From: an uncultured bacterium
Lineage (GTDB): Bacteria; Elusimicrobiota; Elusimicrobia; Elusimicrobiales; Elusimicrobiaceae
Direction of reading: 5' to 3'
Assembly: GCA_949294085.1 (NCBI GenBank)
Contig: CASFFX010000006.1
Coordinates: forward strand, 40,256-104,255
DNA length: 64,000 nucleotides
In this document: positions 44,285 through 53,817 of the stretch, one piece after another
How the letters are laid out: each line of letters starts with the position of its first letter
Numbering within the stretch: position 1 is the stretch's first letter
Program-made: the position numbers and the translations under genes
Notes under the pieces: generated by a model
What the model was told of the DNA's origin: nothing
The model's input: the letters and a program-made list of their open reading frames with translations, nothing else
Databases searched by the model: none

Positions 44285-45910
44285 ATGACGAAACGAATTT
44301 ACGTGTTGCTTTTGGGTATCTTGCTGTTGGCGGTGGGCGTTGTGCCGGCGCCGCTGCATGCCCGTGCGTTGGGCAAGCAGGATTTGCAAAAAATCCAGTG
44401 TGCCCAGGAAAAAATGCGTATTATGGCGGAATTTTTTGACGTCAAAATGCCGGCCGATCAAAAGGTATATACGCTGCCGGACGTGTGCGGCGCTTCCGCC
44501 GGCAAACAGGTCAAAATGCCGCAATGGTTCGCCGCGGAATTGGAACGGATGGACGCCAACAAGGTCGTTTATGTGCCCAATGAAGGAACGTACAGCGAAG
44601 CGGATTTGTGGCGGCAGGCTTTTTCCAACGTATATTTGTTTTTGGACCGGGCGGCCAAGTCCATGGATCCCAGCCAGCCGGTGGTGTTGGAGCAGCTCTC
44701 CCGCGGGTTTGTGGGCAACCGCATTAACCTGATGGCCACGCTGGACCGTTTGAATAAAGACTTGCTGCGCGGCCAGCAGCTGCTGATTATGAAGGACAGC
44801 ATGGAAGGCCGGGCCCGGGCGATGTTGTCCACGTTTGAATTAATTAACAACGAATTTTTCAGTACCATTGAATCCTTTTCCAGCCCCATTTCCCAGCGGG
44901 AAAACAAATATCGCCAGTCTGTGATGGCGGTGGTGGTGCTTTCCAACCATTTGCTGTCGCAGTTTTTGGGCACGCCGATTCCCACCTATCCTCCGGATCC
45001 CAAAATTTACCGGACGACGGCTGCCGAGCGGTTTTTTAATTTGATTTTGTTGATGTTGGGGTCCGCTTTGGCCGGATTGGCGGTGTATTTGCTGTTAGAA
45101 AATAAACGCGACAACATCTTGCGCCTGCTGGAAGAATACAAACAAAAAAGTTTGGTGTGGGCGGAAGATTTCAACCGCCAGTTTGTAACGATTGACGTCA
45201 AATACATTGTGCTGGGCACCATTGGGCTGTTTGCGTTGTTTGGCTTGTTCTTTGGGCTGATGGTAGGCGGATTTACCGGGGTATTTTTCTTCCTGCTGAT
45301 TGTATTTTTGGGCGGGGTCATCAGTATCCGCGTGCCGGGGGCCGTGTTGGACGCGCTGAAAAAGAGCCGCGGCAAACGCGTGAACAAACAGCTGATGGAC
45401 GCACTGATTTTGCTTTCCAACTCGCTCCGTTCGGGTATGGACATTGTGCAGGGGTTTGAGCTCGTGTCCAAAGACATGCTGCCGCCGATTGCGGATGAAT
45501 TTGGGCTGGTGGTCAAAAACTATCAGCTGGGCACGCCGTTTGAACAGGCGCTGGACGGCCTGTCCGACCGGGTGGAAAGTAGGATGCTTTCGTATATTAT
45601 TAAGGCCATTATTATCCAACGCCAGGTGGGCGGTAACTTAACGGTCATTTTCGCGCGCTTGGTGGAAAACATCCGCGAAGAAAGCAAACTGGAAGAAAAA
45701 CTGCAGGCGATGACGGCCCAGCAAAAAATCCAGTCTATCGTGGTAAGCATCATGCCGTTTGTGATGATGTTGGTCATGTTTATCTTCAACCCGGTGCAGA
45801 TGATTTCGTTCTACACGAGCCCGGTGGGGTTGTTCGTGTTTGTATTCTGCGTCATCTGGATTGGAATCGGTATGAAAGTGCTTAAGAAAATGGGAGAAGT
45901 GCGGGTATAA
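44285..45910 (+). CDS. tadB: TadB inner-membrane platform protein with N-terminal periplasmic extension
   Basis: C-terminal T2SSF domain QLMDALILLSNSLRSG, P.A.EF, RQVGGNL..I...L...IRE; about 250 extra N-terminal residues. Confidence 0.85.
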   Translation: MTKRIYVLLLGILLLAVGVVPAPLHARALGKQDLQKIQCAQEKMRIMAEFFDVKMPADQKVYTLPDVCGASAGKQVKMPQWFAAELERMDANKVVYVPNEGTYSEADLWRQAFSNVYLFLDRAAKSMDPSQPVVLEQLSRGFVGNRINLMATLDRLNKDLLRGQQLLIMKDSMEGRARAMLSTFELINNEFFSTIESFSSPISQRENKYRQSVMAVVVLSNHLLSQFLGTPIPTYPPDPKIYRTTAAERFFNLILLMLGSALAGLAVYLLLENKRDNILRLLEEYKQKSLVWAEDFNRQFVTIDVKYIVLGTIGLFALFGLFFGLMVGGFTGVFFFLLIVFLGGVISIRVPGAVLDALKKSRGKRVNKQLMDALILLSNSLRSGMDIVQGFELVSKDMLPPIADEFGLVVKNYQLGTPFEQALDGLSDRVESRMLSYIIKAIIIQRQVGGNLTVIFARLVENIREESKLEEKLQAMTAQQKIQSIVVSIMPFVMMLVMFIFNPVQMISFYTSPVGLFVFVFCVIWIGIGMKVLKKMGEVRV

Positions 45911-45912
45911 TT

Positions 45913-46803
45913 ATGAACAGCTTAGCCTTTACGTTGGGACTGAACTTGTTGCTTGCGGTGGGGATGTTTGCCGTATTCCTGACCGTGTTTGGTCTGTTGG
46001 CCCCGAAACCCAAAAAAGAGGAAATTGTGGACGTGGCCGTGCGGCGGTTCAAATCCACTTCCAGTTTTGCCCGCTTAAAACCGGAAGAAAAAATGATGGA
46101 CCGACTGGCGGTTTTCTGCCTGCACAACTTTCATTTGGAAAAAAGCCTGGAAGAAATGCATATGCAGCTGGGCAGCCCGGATACGCCGCAGCCGGTGGAT
46201 ATTTTATATACTAAAATCATCGCGGCCCTGGCTATTCCCGCGGCGATTATGCTGCTGTTTCAAGCGGTGTGGCCGGTAATTTTGGTGCCGGTTTGTTTTA
46301 TGGTGCCGGACGTGTTGATTAAAAGCAAAATTCAACAGCGTCAGGCGGAAATTTTAGGGAACTTTTCCACTACGGTAGATTTGGCGGCTTTGATTATTGA
46401 ATCCGGTTTGGACTATTTGACCGCCTTTGAAAGAATTATCAAAATTGCCAAAGTAAAAACCGTGCTGGAAGAAGAGCTGGAAAAAACGATTAACGAAATC
46501 AAGCTGGGGTATTCCCGCCGTGAAGCGCTGGAGCGGTTTTCGGCGCGCACGGGGGTAGCGGAAGTGCGTTCGCTGGTCAGCTTGATTATTCAGTCGGACG
46601 AATTGGGTACCAGCTTGGTGGATTTGCTGCGCAACTTCTCGTCGGATTTGCGCTCCCGCCGCTTAAGCCGTGCCGAAAAATTGGCGGCGCAGGCGTCCAC
46701 CAAAATGCTGTTCCCGTTGTTTATGTTTATTTTCCCGACGATTTTTATTTTAATTTTAGCCCCGATGATAAGCGGCCTTGTCAGCGGCGGTATGGGATTT
46801 TAG
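45913..46803 (+). CDS. tadC: TadC inner-membrane platform protein
   Basis: ESGLD...A, QSDELGTSL..LLR, R..RAEKLAAQASTKMLFPL..FIFPT.FILIL.P. Confidence 0.92.
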   Translation: MNSLAFTLGLNLLLAVGMFAVFLTVFGLLAPKPKKEEIVDVAVRRFKSTSSFARLKPEEKMMDRLAVFCLHNFHLEKSLEEMHMQLGSPDTPQPVDILYTKIIAALAIPAAIMLLFQAVWPVILVPVCFMVPDVLIKSKIQQRQAEILGNFSTTVDLAALIIESGLDYLTAFERIIKIAKVKTVLEEELEKTINEIKLGYSRREALERFSARTGVAEVRSLVSLIIQSDELGTSLVDLLRNFSSDLRSRRLSRAEKLAAQASTKMLFPLFMFIFPTIFILILAPMISGLVSGGMGF

Positions 46804-46814
46804 AGGATAAACGT

Positions 46815-48218
46815 ATGAAAAAATATTTCACCTTAGCCTTACTTTTTGTGATGAGCGCGGCGTGTGCCCAAGCGGCCACTTTCCGCAAAGAAATTCCCGT
46901 CCGCCAACACGGCAAAGAAGCGGGCATGCTGCTGGATTTGAGCAAAATTTCCATGGGGACGTTAAACGATGTGGAAGAAAAGAAACAGTATCTTTCCACC
47001 GTCCAGCTGGAAAAACAGCGTATTCAAAACTACACCCTGCGCATGGTGTACGAAAACGCGTACCTGCTTTATAAACAGGGCGATTATCAGCGCGCACAGG
47101 AAATGGCGCAAACCATTTTGAGCATTGACCCCAACTTCAAACAAGCCCAAACCTTGGCCCAGCAGGCCAGCAATATGGGCACCTATGGCACCATTTCCGA
47201 GGCGCAGGTGATTGAAGCCAAATTCCAGGAAACCATCCGCCTCTACGACAGCGGCCGCCTGGTGGAAGCCAACGACAAGTTAAACGAAATTTTAACGATT
47301 CAGCCCGGCAACTCCAAGGCGCAGTCCTGGAAGCGCAAAATTGATTATGAAATTGCCAAAGAATACACCCGCCGCGGCGATGTGGCCTACGAAGAGGGGG
47401 ACTACCAGCGCGCACTGGACGCGTGGTACAATGCCCTGCTGATGCGCAAGGACGACCCCAAACTGCTGGCCAAAATTTCCGATACGGAAAACAAACTGCG
47501 CAAACAGCAAGTGTCTGATTCTATGAAACAGGCCTTGGAATTTTACAACAAAGGCCAGTTTGTGGAATCGTATGCCGTGTTTGAACGGATTACCAAAATC
47601 CAGCCCGGGGATCCGCGCGTGCAAAAATACATGTCGCAGCTGAAGAACGAAATTGCCGCCGGCTATTACAATGCGGGGAATAAATCGTATAACTCCAACC
47701 GTTTTGACCAGGCCATTTCTTATTGGACCAATGCCAAAAAGTGGGGGGCGGATCCTTCCACCATGGACGGATTGATTAAACGCGCCCGCAACGCCAAAGA
47801 AAATCATTTGCGCGTAAAACAACAGCAAGCCAAACAGGCCGAAGCAGCCACCCAACAGGCGAAAGAAGAAGCCCAAAAGGCGCAAGAAGAAGCTTTGGAA
47901 GAACCGATTGAAACCGTGTCCGTAGAAGGCAACGTGCCCAGCGGCGGGTCGGTCATCCCGGGTTCTACGGGAACGATAGGCTCCTCGGTGGGTGCCGTGG
48001 GCACCAACGAAACGCTGCCCACGTTGGGCGGAACCGTCAACCGGGTGTCGGCGGAGGCCAGTGCCGCTTCCCGCGCCAAATACATTGAAGGGCTGGACGC
48101 GTTCAACCAAGACGATTATGAACGGGCCCGCCAGGCCTGGATTGTGGCCAAACAGCTGGACCCCGGCAACAGCGACGCCGATTTGGGCTTGCGCAAAGTA
48201 GAAGAGTTGCTGAAATAG
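46815..48218 (+). CDS. Secreted TPR protein (TadD/pilotin-like)
   Basis: Signal peptide; multiple TPRs (GDYQRAQEMAQTILSIDPN, GDYQRALDAW, DDYERARQAWIVAKQLDPGN); follows tadC. Confidence 0.75.
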   Translation: MKKYFTLALLFVMSAACAQAATFRKEIPVRQHGKEAGMLLDLSKISMGTLNDVEEKKQYLSTVQLEKQRIQNYTLRMVYENAYLLYKQGDYQRAQEMAQTILSIDPNFKQAQTLAQQASNMGTYGTISEAQVIEAKFQETIRLYDSGRLVEANDKLNEILTIQPGNSKAQSWKRKIDYEIAKEYTRRGDVAYEEGDYQRALDAWYNALLMRKDDPKLLAKISDTENKLRKQQVSDSMKQALEFYNKGQFVESYAVFERITKIQPGDPRVQKYMSQLKNEIAAGYYNAGNKSYNSNRFDQAISYWTNAKKWGADPSTMDGLIKRARNAKENHLRVKQQQAKQAEAATQQAKEEAQKAQEEALEEPIETVSVEGNVPSGGSVIPGSTGTIGSSVGAVGTNETLPTLGGTVNRVSAEASAASRAKYIEGLDAFNQDDYERARQAWIVAKQLDPGNSDADLGLRKVEELLK

Positions 48219-48230
48219 GAGAACAACCGT

Positions 48231-49340
48231 ATGAAACTGACTTCCAAATGGGTTTTGTGGTTCGTGCTGATAACGGTGTATGCGTCCGTTATCGGCGGGC
48301 TCTTCTATTACAATTTATTCAAGTTCGTATTTGACAAAAAACTGCAAAACGAAATGGTGGAAATGGTCCGCTTCCGTGCGCCGACCTTGGTGCAATGGCT
48401 GGCGTCCCGCCCGAAAGGGGAAGCCACCTTCCGCGAAGCCGAAATTATGAAAGGCTTGCAGCGCAACGACGACCGCATTAAAAGTTTGGTGTATTTGAAC
48501 TACGACGGCTCTATCCGCTGGCACGAAAACACCAAATTTTTGGGGATGTCGTATGCGGATTACAACAATACCGTGGGGTTTGATTCCAATGCGGTGGTGC
48601 AGGCTATTCGGGACCGGCTGCCCCGCGCCATTTTGACCGGCGGAGGGGACTATTACGACATGGCCATCCCGCTGTTGGCCAAAGGAAGCACCGTGGCGGG
48701 GGTGGTAAACGTAACCGTATCGCGCGAAAGCGCCCGGAAGCTGATTCATTCTTCTATGATTCGCTACGCTTGCGGGGCGTTTATTATGATTTTGCTGATT
48801 GGCGGCGTGCTGTATTTGTTTATGCTGCTTAAAATTTTACGGCCGCTTAATGCCCTAAAAGACAGCGTGGAAGCGGTGTCCTTGAATAATTTGACGCTCT
48901 CTTTCCCGCCTCGGAAGGATGAAATCGGGGATGTGGCGGCGGCCATAGGGGCGTTGTTGGTAAAGATACGCGAGGACATCAAGAGCCTGGAAAATGTGGA
49001 AATTATGTCGCTGGAAAAAGAACAGCGCTGGTGGAAAACCATCCTGGCGGTAACGGTGCCGAAAGGTTCCCGTGCGCTGGTGATTGACGAGAATAACAAC
49101 ATCTTGTACACCAACTTTGAGCTGCATGTACCGGGCAAAGAACGCGTGCATTTGCTGGATATTTTTGACGGCAGACAGCAGGAAATTATCCAGGTGGTGG
49201 GGGAAGCCCTGGAAAACCCGACCAAAGTTTTGCGCGGCACGGTCATCAATAAAAATGTAAAATGTTTGGTAAAGGCCGTGCAGCTGCCGGACGATGCCGG
49301 CAAGAACCGCATTGTGCTGGTGCTGGAACCCGAAAAATAA
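48231..49340 (+). CDS. Membrane sensor-like protein (TM-periplasmic-TM-HAMP-PAS-like), no output domain
   Basis: HAMP ILRPLNALK.....RKDEIGDVA; PAS-like ALVIDENNNILYTN; no H-box, GGDEF or HATPase. Confidence 0.65.
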   Translation: MKLTSKWVLWFVLITVYASVIGGLFYYNLFKFVFDKKLQNEMVEMVRFRAPTLVQWLASRPKGEATFREAEIMKGLQRNDDRIKSLVYLNYDGSIRWHENTKFLGMSYADYNNTVGFDSNAVVQAIRDRLPRAILTGGGDYYDMAIPLLAKGSTVAGVVNVTVSRESARKLIHSSMIRYACGAFIMILLIGGVLYLFMLLKILRPLNALKDSVEAVSLNNLTLSFPPRKDEIGDVAAAIGALLVKIREDIKSLENVEIMSLEKEQRWWKTILAVTVPKGSRALVIDENNNILYTNFELHVPGKERVHLLDIFDGRQQEIIQVVGEALENPTKVLRGTVINKNVKCLVKAVQLPDDAGKNRIVLVLEPEK

Positions 49341-49364
49341 AGGGATTTTGTGTTAGGAGAAACT

Positions 49365-49634
49365 ATGAAAGTAGAAATCAAAAAAATAGGCATTTCAACG
49401 GTGTTGTTTTCCGTTTTCCCGCTGGCCGTATTCGTGGTGATGCTGCTTAGCGCGTTTATGGAAGTGTTTAACCCGGACGCCGCCATCACCGCCGCTTACG
49501 TGATGAGTTTGATTATTCGGGCCATTCAGGGCACGTTGCTCTTTTTGGTTTCCACGGTGTTCTTTTTGCTGGCCTACAATTTGTTGTGCGCCGTCGGCAT
49601 CCGCGGCGTGCGTGTAGAGTTGGAAGATAAATAA
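49365..49634 (+). CDS. Small membrane protein, DUF3566-like
   Basis: MKVEIKKIG...two TMs...YNLLCAVGIRGVRVELE; AGGAG RBS before ATG 49365. Confidence 0.55.
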   Translation: MKVEIKKIGISTVLFSVFPLAVFVVMLLSAFMEVFNPDAAITAAYVMSLIIRAIQGTLLFLVSTVFFLLAYNLLCAVGIRGVRVELEDK

Positions 49635-49648
49635 GGAGAGTAGGGGTA

Positions 49649-50596
49649 ATGAAAAAATTACTGACATTATTGCTCGCTTGTGCGGTAGCCGGCTTGGCCT
49701 TTGCGGCTCCTGCTAAAAAAGCGGCTCAAAAAGCCAAAACTCCCGCTAAAATCAAAGCGGAATTCATCGTTGTTGAATCGGACGAATATGACGCGGGAAA
49801 AGAGGACCCGCAATTGACGGCCGGCATTGCCCAATTCTTAAACGCCGACCCCAAAGTAACCAAGGTTTCTTACAAAGACGCCGCGGCCGACCCGAAGCTG
49901 GCCGAGCTGGACTACAGCTTCCTGCCGCTGTATTTGATTAAGAAAACGGACGACATCCGCACCAAACTGGAAAAACACATCCAGTACGGCTATGCCTTGG
50001 AAAATGACGAATTTATTATTCTCCCCCGTCAAACCCGCCAGGGCGTCTATACCGCCAAAAGCGGCACGCCGGGCGTGATGGAAATTTTTGTTATGTCCCA
50101 ATGCCCCTATGGCGCCATGGCCGAAAACCTGGTCATCCAAGCGCAAAAAGACGGCAAACTGCCCAAGGATAAAGAAATTAAACTGCGCTATGTGGTCAGC
50201 TACGACGAGAAAAACGGTTTCTCCAGCCTGCACGGTTCCGCCGAGTGGGAAGAGGATATCCGCCAACTGCTGATTGCCAAATACTATCCGGAAAAATTAT
50301 GGAAATACCTGGAAATCCGCAACAAGGATTATCGCTCCAGCCGCTGGGACAAAGCGATGGAAGAAGCCGGTATCAACAGCAAAAAAATCATGAAAAAGTT
50401 TGACGAAGAAGGCGTAGAGCTGTTGAAGGAAGAAGCCAAATACGGCAAAGAATACGGCGTCAATGCGTCGCCCACGTTCCTGTATGAAGGCAAAGTGCAG
50501 CTGGACTTCGGGTCTGCTTCCAAGATTGACGGGTTCTCCTTCTTGAATCCCAATGCGGCCCAATCCGGTGCCGCCGCTCCGGCCGGAAGCTGCTAA
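49649..50596 (+). CDS. Secreted thioredoxin-fold (DsbA/GILT-like) protein, monothiol CPYG
   Basis: Signal peptide, EIFVMSQCPYG, SLHGSAEWEEDIRQ, cis-Pro-type loop GVNASPTF, C-terminal GSC. Confidence 0.65.
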   Translation: MKKLLTLLLACAVAGLAFAAPAKKAAQKAKTPAKIKAEFIVVESDEYDAGKEDPQLTAGIAQFLNADPKVTKVSYKDAAADPKLAELDYSFLPLYLIKKTDDIRTKLEKHIQYGYALENDEFIILPRQTRQGVYTAKSGTPGVMEIFVMSQCPYGAMAENLVIQAQKDGKLPKDKEIKLRYVVSYDEKNGFSSLHGSAEWEEDIRQLLIAKYYPEKLWKYLEIRNKDYRSSRWDKAMEEAGINSKKIMKKFDEEGVELLKEEAKYGKEYGVNASPTFLYEGKVQLDFGSASKIDGFSFLNPNAAQSGAAAPAGSC

Positions 50597-50619
50597 ATCG
50601 GGCGGATTGATTTGAAACA

Positions 50620-50655
50620 AAAACGGGGGTTGGGACGTGTCCCGGCCCCCGTTTT
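50620..50655. terminator. Terminator-like hairpin after the thioredoxin-fold gene
   Basis: AAAACGGGGG-TTGGGA-CGTG-TCCCGG-CCCCCGTTTT. Confidence 0.7.
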
Positions 50656-50793
50656 CAAAAGCGTCCGGGTGAGGGGCTGTGGCGAAGCGGCTGATCCGGT
50701 TGTTTTAGAAGAGCGAGGCGAGCCGGTGGAAACAGGCGGCGCCCAGAAGGAACCAGCAGGGAGCGTGCACCCTGCGTGAGAGGAAAATTGTTC

Positions 50794-52689
50794 ATGAAGC
50801 GATTGCGCGGATTATTTAGCAAAGCGGTTTTTGTGTTGATTTTAATTTCCATCGTGCCGGTGGTAATTATTGCGTACCACGTGATGGGCGTGGACAGCCG
50901 CATTTTGAAAAATGAAATTTTGCAAAAACAGCAAACGGTAGCCAGCCGCTTGGCCTCGGTGGCGCGGGCACATATCAACCGCAAAGCGCAGCTTTTTTCC
51001 ATATTTGTAGATTTGCATACCGACTTTGGCGGACACGAATTTATCAACGAGAAAGATTTGCGCTATTTGCTGGCGCGCAATCCGTCCATCGTGTCGCTTT
51101 CGGTGTTAAATCCGCGCGGGGTGCGGATTTTGTCCGCTGGCAAACCGGTGATGGCGGGTACGGCGGCTTATGCCAAAATTCTGCCGGAAATTGTGCGGAC
51201 CTGCGTACAGCAGCGGGACGAATTTATCAGCGACGTTTATCCCGCCGATGAAAATTTGTTTGCTTTAATGGCATTTCCCATGCGCCAGCATTTGGGCGAT
51301 CGGCAAGTGTCGGGAATTTTGGTGGCGGAAATGAATTTGAAAGAGATGGGAGAATCGCTTTCGCAATCCTATCCGCTGGATATGAACGCCATTATTGCCA
51401 CAGCCCGCGGGGAAATTATTTCGTATAACGGCGCACCGGACGGCCTGGCGGAAGGCACTCAGCCGGAAATGGAAGCCAAGGTGCGTGCCATCAACGAACA
51501 GTTGGGCAGCAATCGCAGCGGTGAGGTTGTTTTGCCCAATGGGGACAAAGTGCTGGTGGCCGTTTCTAACTTAAATGTGCCGCGCTGGCGCGTGTATGTG
51601 GATCAGCCGGCCAATGTGGCGGCGCAGCTGTTTGTGGAGAGCACGTTCAATTCCATGTGGGACGTGCTGGTGCTGGTGTTGGCGATGTTGGCGTTTGTAG
51701 TGGTGGTAAGTTATTGGGTAATTAAACCGATTACACGCCCGCTGGAACGCTTGCGCGAGGCGGCCGTAAAACAGCGGGAAAATGACGATTTTGTCGTAAG
51801 AAAAGAAGACGTAGAAATTCCCAATAATGAAATTGGGGAGCTGGCGGCGGCGTTTGTGGATATGTCGGCCGCGCTGCATACGCGCCGGCAGGAATTAATT
51901 CGGGCGCAAACGGAATTGGCGCAGGTCAATCAGGCGTTGGAAAAACGCGTGGAAGAACGCACCCGCGAATTAAAAACCGCCAGCAAAGAATTGGTCAAGG
52001 CGGAGCGCCTGGCCGCCATCGGGCAGATGGCGTCCATTATCAGCCACGAAATCCGCAACCCGCTGGCGGTCATCAGCAATGCAACGCGGCTGATTAAAAT
52101 GCTGGTGCGCTCGCCGGACCCGAAGCTGATTAAACAGTTCGGCATTATTGATGCCGAAATTAAACAGGCCAACAGCATCATCAGCGAGGTGCTGGGGTAC
52201 GCCCGCACGCGGGATTTGATTTTAACCACAGTGGATTTGAACAGCTATTTGCGGGAACTTTTGCTGGCGTATCCGTTTATCCCGGGCATTAAGCTCAAGG
52301 AAGAGCTGGACCCGGAAAGCGTGCGCATTAAAGTAGATGCGGAAGAAATCAAACAGGCTATCCGCAACATTGTTTCCAACGCCATAGAAGCCATGCCCAC
52401 GGGCGGAACCCTGACGGTGGGAACCAAAGTAGGCCGCCGCGTGGTGTGCATTTATATTGCCGACCAAGGCACCGGCATTACGGACGATGTGCGCAAAAAA
52501 ATGTTTGCCCCGTTCTTTACCACCAAGGCCCGCGGAACGGGCTTGGGCCTGGCGGTGGTGGGCAAAGCCATCAGCCGCCACAAAGGCAAACTGTTTATTA
52601 ACAGTGTGCCGGGCAAAGGCTCGTGCTTTCAGATTTATCTAAAAATTTACAGAAAACCCGGAGACACCAATTATGGAGAAGCAAGTTAA
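50794..52689 (+). CDS. Membrane sensor histidine kinase (Cache-like, HAMP, HisKA, HATPase)
   Basis: Two TMs, HAMP ITRPLERL..NEIGELA, H-box SHEIRNPL, NAIEAM, DQGTGI, FTTKARGTGLGL; ATG 50794 after GAGAGGA. Confidence 0.92.
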   Translation: MKRLRGLFSKAVFVLILISIVPVVIIAYHVMGVDSRILKNEILQKQQTVASRLASVARAHINRKAQLFSIFVDLHTDFGGHEFINEKDLRYLLARNPSIVSLSVLNPRGVRILSAGKPVMAGTAAYAKILPEIVRTCVQQRDEFISDVYPADENLFALMAFPMRQHLGDRQVSGILVAEMNLKEMGESLSQSYPLDMNAIIATARGEIISYNGAPDGLAEGTQPEMEAKVRAINEQLGSNRSGEVVLPNGDKVLVAVSNLNVPRWRVYVDQPANVAAQLFVESTFNSMWDVLVLVLAMLAFVVVVSYWVIKPITRPLERLREAAVKQRENDDFVVRKEDVEIPNNEIGELAAAFVDMSAALHTRRQELIRAQTELAQVNQALEKRVEERTRELKTASKELVKAERLAAIGQMASIISHEIRNPLAVISNATRLIKMLVRSPDPKLIKQFGIIDAEIKQANSIISEVLGYARTRDLILTTVDLNSYLRELLLAYPFIPGIKLKEELDPESVRIKVDAEEIKQAIRNIVSNAIEAMPTGGTLTVGTKVGRRVVCIYIADQGTGITDDVRKKMFAPFFTTKARGTGLGLAVVGKAISRHKGKLFINSVPGKGSCFQIYLKIYRKPGDTNYGEAS

Positions 52690-53794
52690 AATTTTAGTAG
52701 TGGACGACGATAATAACCTGCGCGAAACGCTGGTGGATTTGCTGGAAATTGAAGGCTACAAAGTCTATCAGGCGGGCAACGCCCAGGAGTGCTTGGACAT
52801 TTGCGCCAACGAATTTTTTAACGTGATTTTGATGGACTACAACCTGCCCGGCGAAACGGGGCTGGAGCTGATCCGCAAAATCCGCTCGTTTAACCAAGAT
52901 ACGCAAATTATTATGATTACGGCCTACGCTTCCCTCAACGCCATTATGGAAGCCATGCAGGAATCGGTGTACGATTTCCTGATGAAACCGGTGGATTTTG
53001 ATTACTTAAAACGCACCATTAACCGCGCGCTGGACAAGTATTTCTTGGAACAGAGCAACAAGGAATTGCTGGCCCAGTTAAAAACCCGCAATGCGGATTT
53101 GGACCGGCTGAACAATATGAAGTCCAAATTTTTCTCCATTGTGTCGCACGATTTGTCCAACTCGCTGATGACGCTGAAGATGAGTTTTGACATGCTGAAA
53201 AAGAAACTCAACCCCGACGAGGACCAAAAGAAAAAAATGATGTTTATGGACGAATCCATCAGCCAAATTGAACACTTGATTAAAGACCTGGTGGATTGGG
53301 CCGCCATTGAAAAAGGCAAACTGCGCATTGAAAAAACGCGTTTTGAATTGACCGAAAGCCTGAAGAAAACGGTGGAAATTTTCCGTGCCAAAGGCGCCAA
53401 GCGCAACATCCGCGTAACGTTTGAAAGCTGCGGGGCGGTGCCGGTGTTTGCCGATGAAAAACGCATCCGCCAGGTGATTTCCAATATTCTGGAAAATGCC
53501 GTGCGCCACACGCCCGACAACGGCAGCATTGAAATTGTCGTTAGCAAAATAGATGAAAAAAATGCTAAAGTGTCGGTAACGGACTCGGGAGACGGCATTG
53601 ACCCCGAGCAGGCACCCAATTTGTTTACCAGCTTTACCCAGGTGGGCGACAAAAGCCGCGTGGGCCGGCTGGGGTTAGGGTTGTCCATTGCCAAGGACAT
53701 TATTGTCAACCATGGCGGACGGATTTGGGCGCATAGCGATGGATTGGGCAAAGGAGCGTCGTTTAACTTTACGCTGCCGATTGCAAATGCTTAG
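52673..53794 (+). CDS. Cytoplasmic hybrid REC-HisKA-HATPase protein
   Basis: ILVVDDD, ILMDYNLPG (phospho-Asp), FLMKP, H-box SHDLSNSL, NAVRHT, DSGDGI, GLGLSI. Confidence 0.9.
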   Translation: MEKQVKILVVDDDNNLRETLVDLLEIEGYKVYQAGNAQECLDICANEFFNVILMDYNLPGETGLELIRKIRSFNQDTQIIMITAYASLNAIMEAMQESVYDFLMKPVDFDYLKRTINRALDKYFLEQSNKELLAQLKTRNADLDRLNNMKSKFFSIVSHDLSNSLMTLKMSFDMLKKKLNPDEDQKKKMMFMDESISQIEHLIKDLVDWAAIEKGKLRIEKTRFELTESLKKTVEIFRAKGAKRNIRVTFESCGAVPVFADEKRIRQVISNILENAVRHTPDNGSIEIVVSKIDEKNAKVSVTDSGDGIDPEQAPNLFTSFTQVGDKSRVGRLGLGLSIAKDIIVNHGGRIWAHSDGLGKGASFNFTLPIANA

Positions 53795-53817
53795 CTTTTA
53801 ACAACGTTGAGGGAGTT

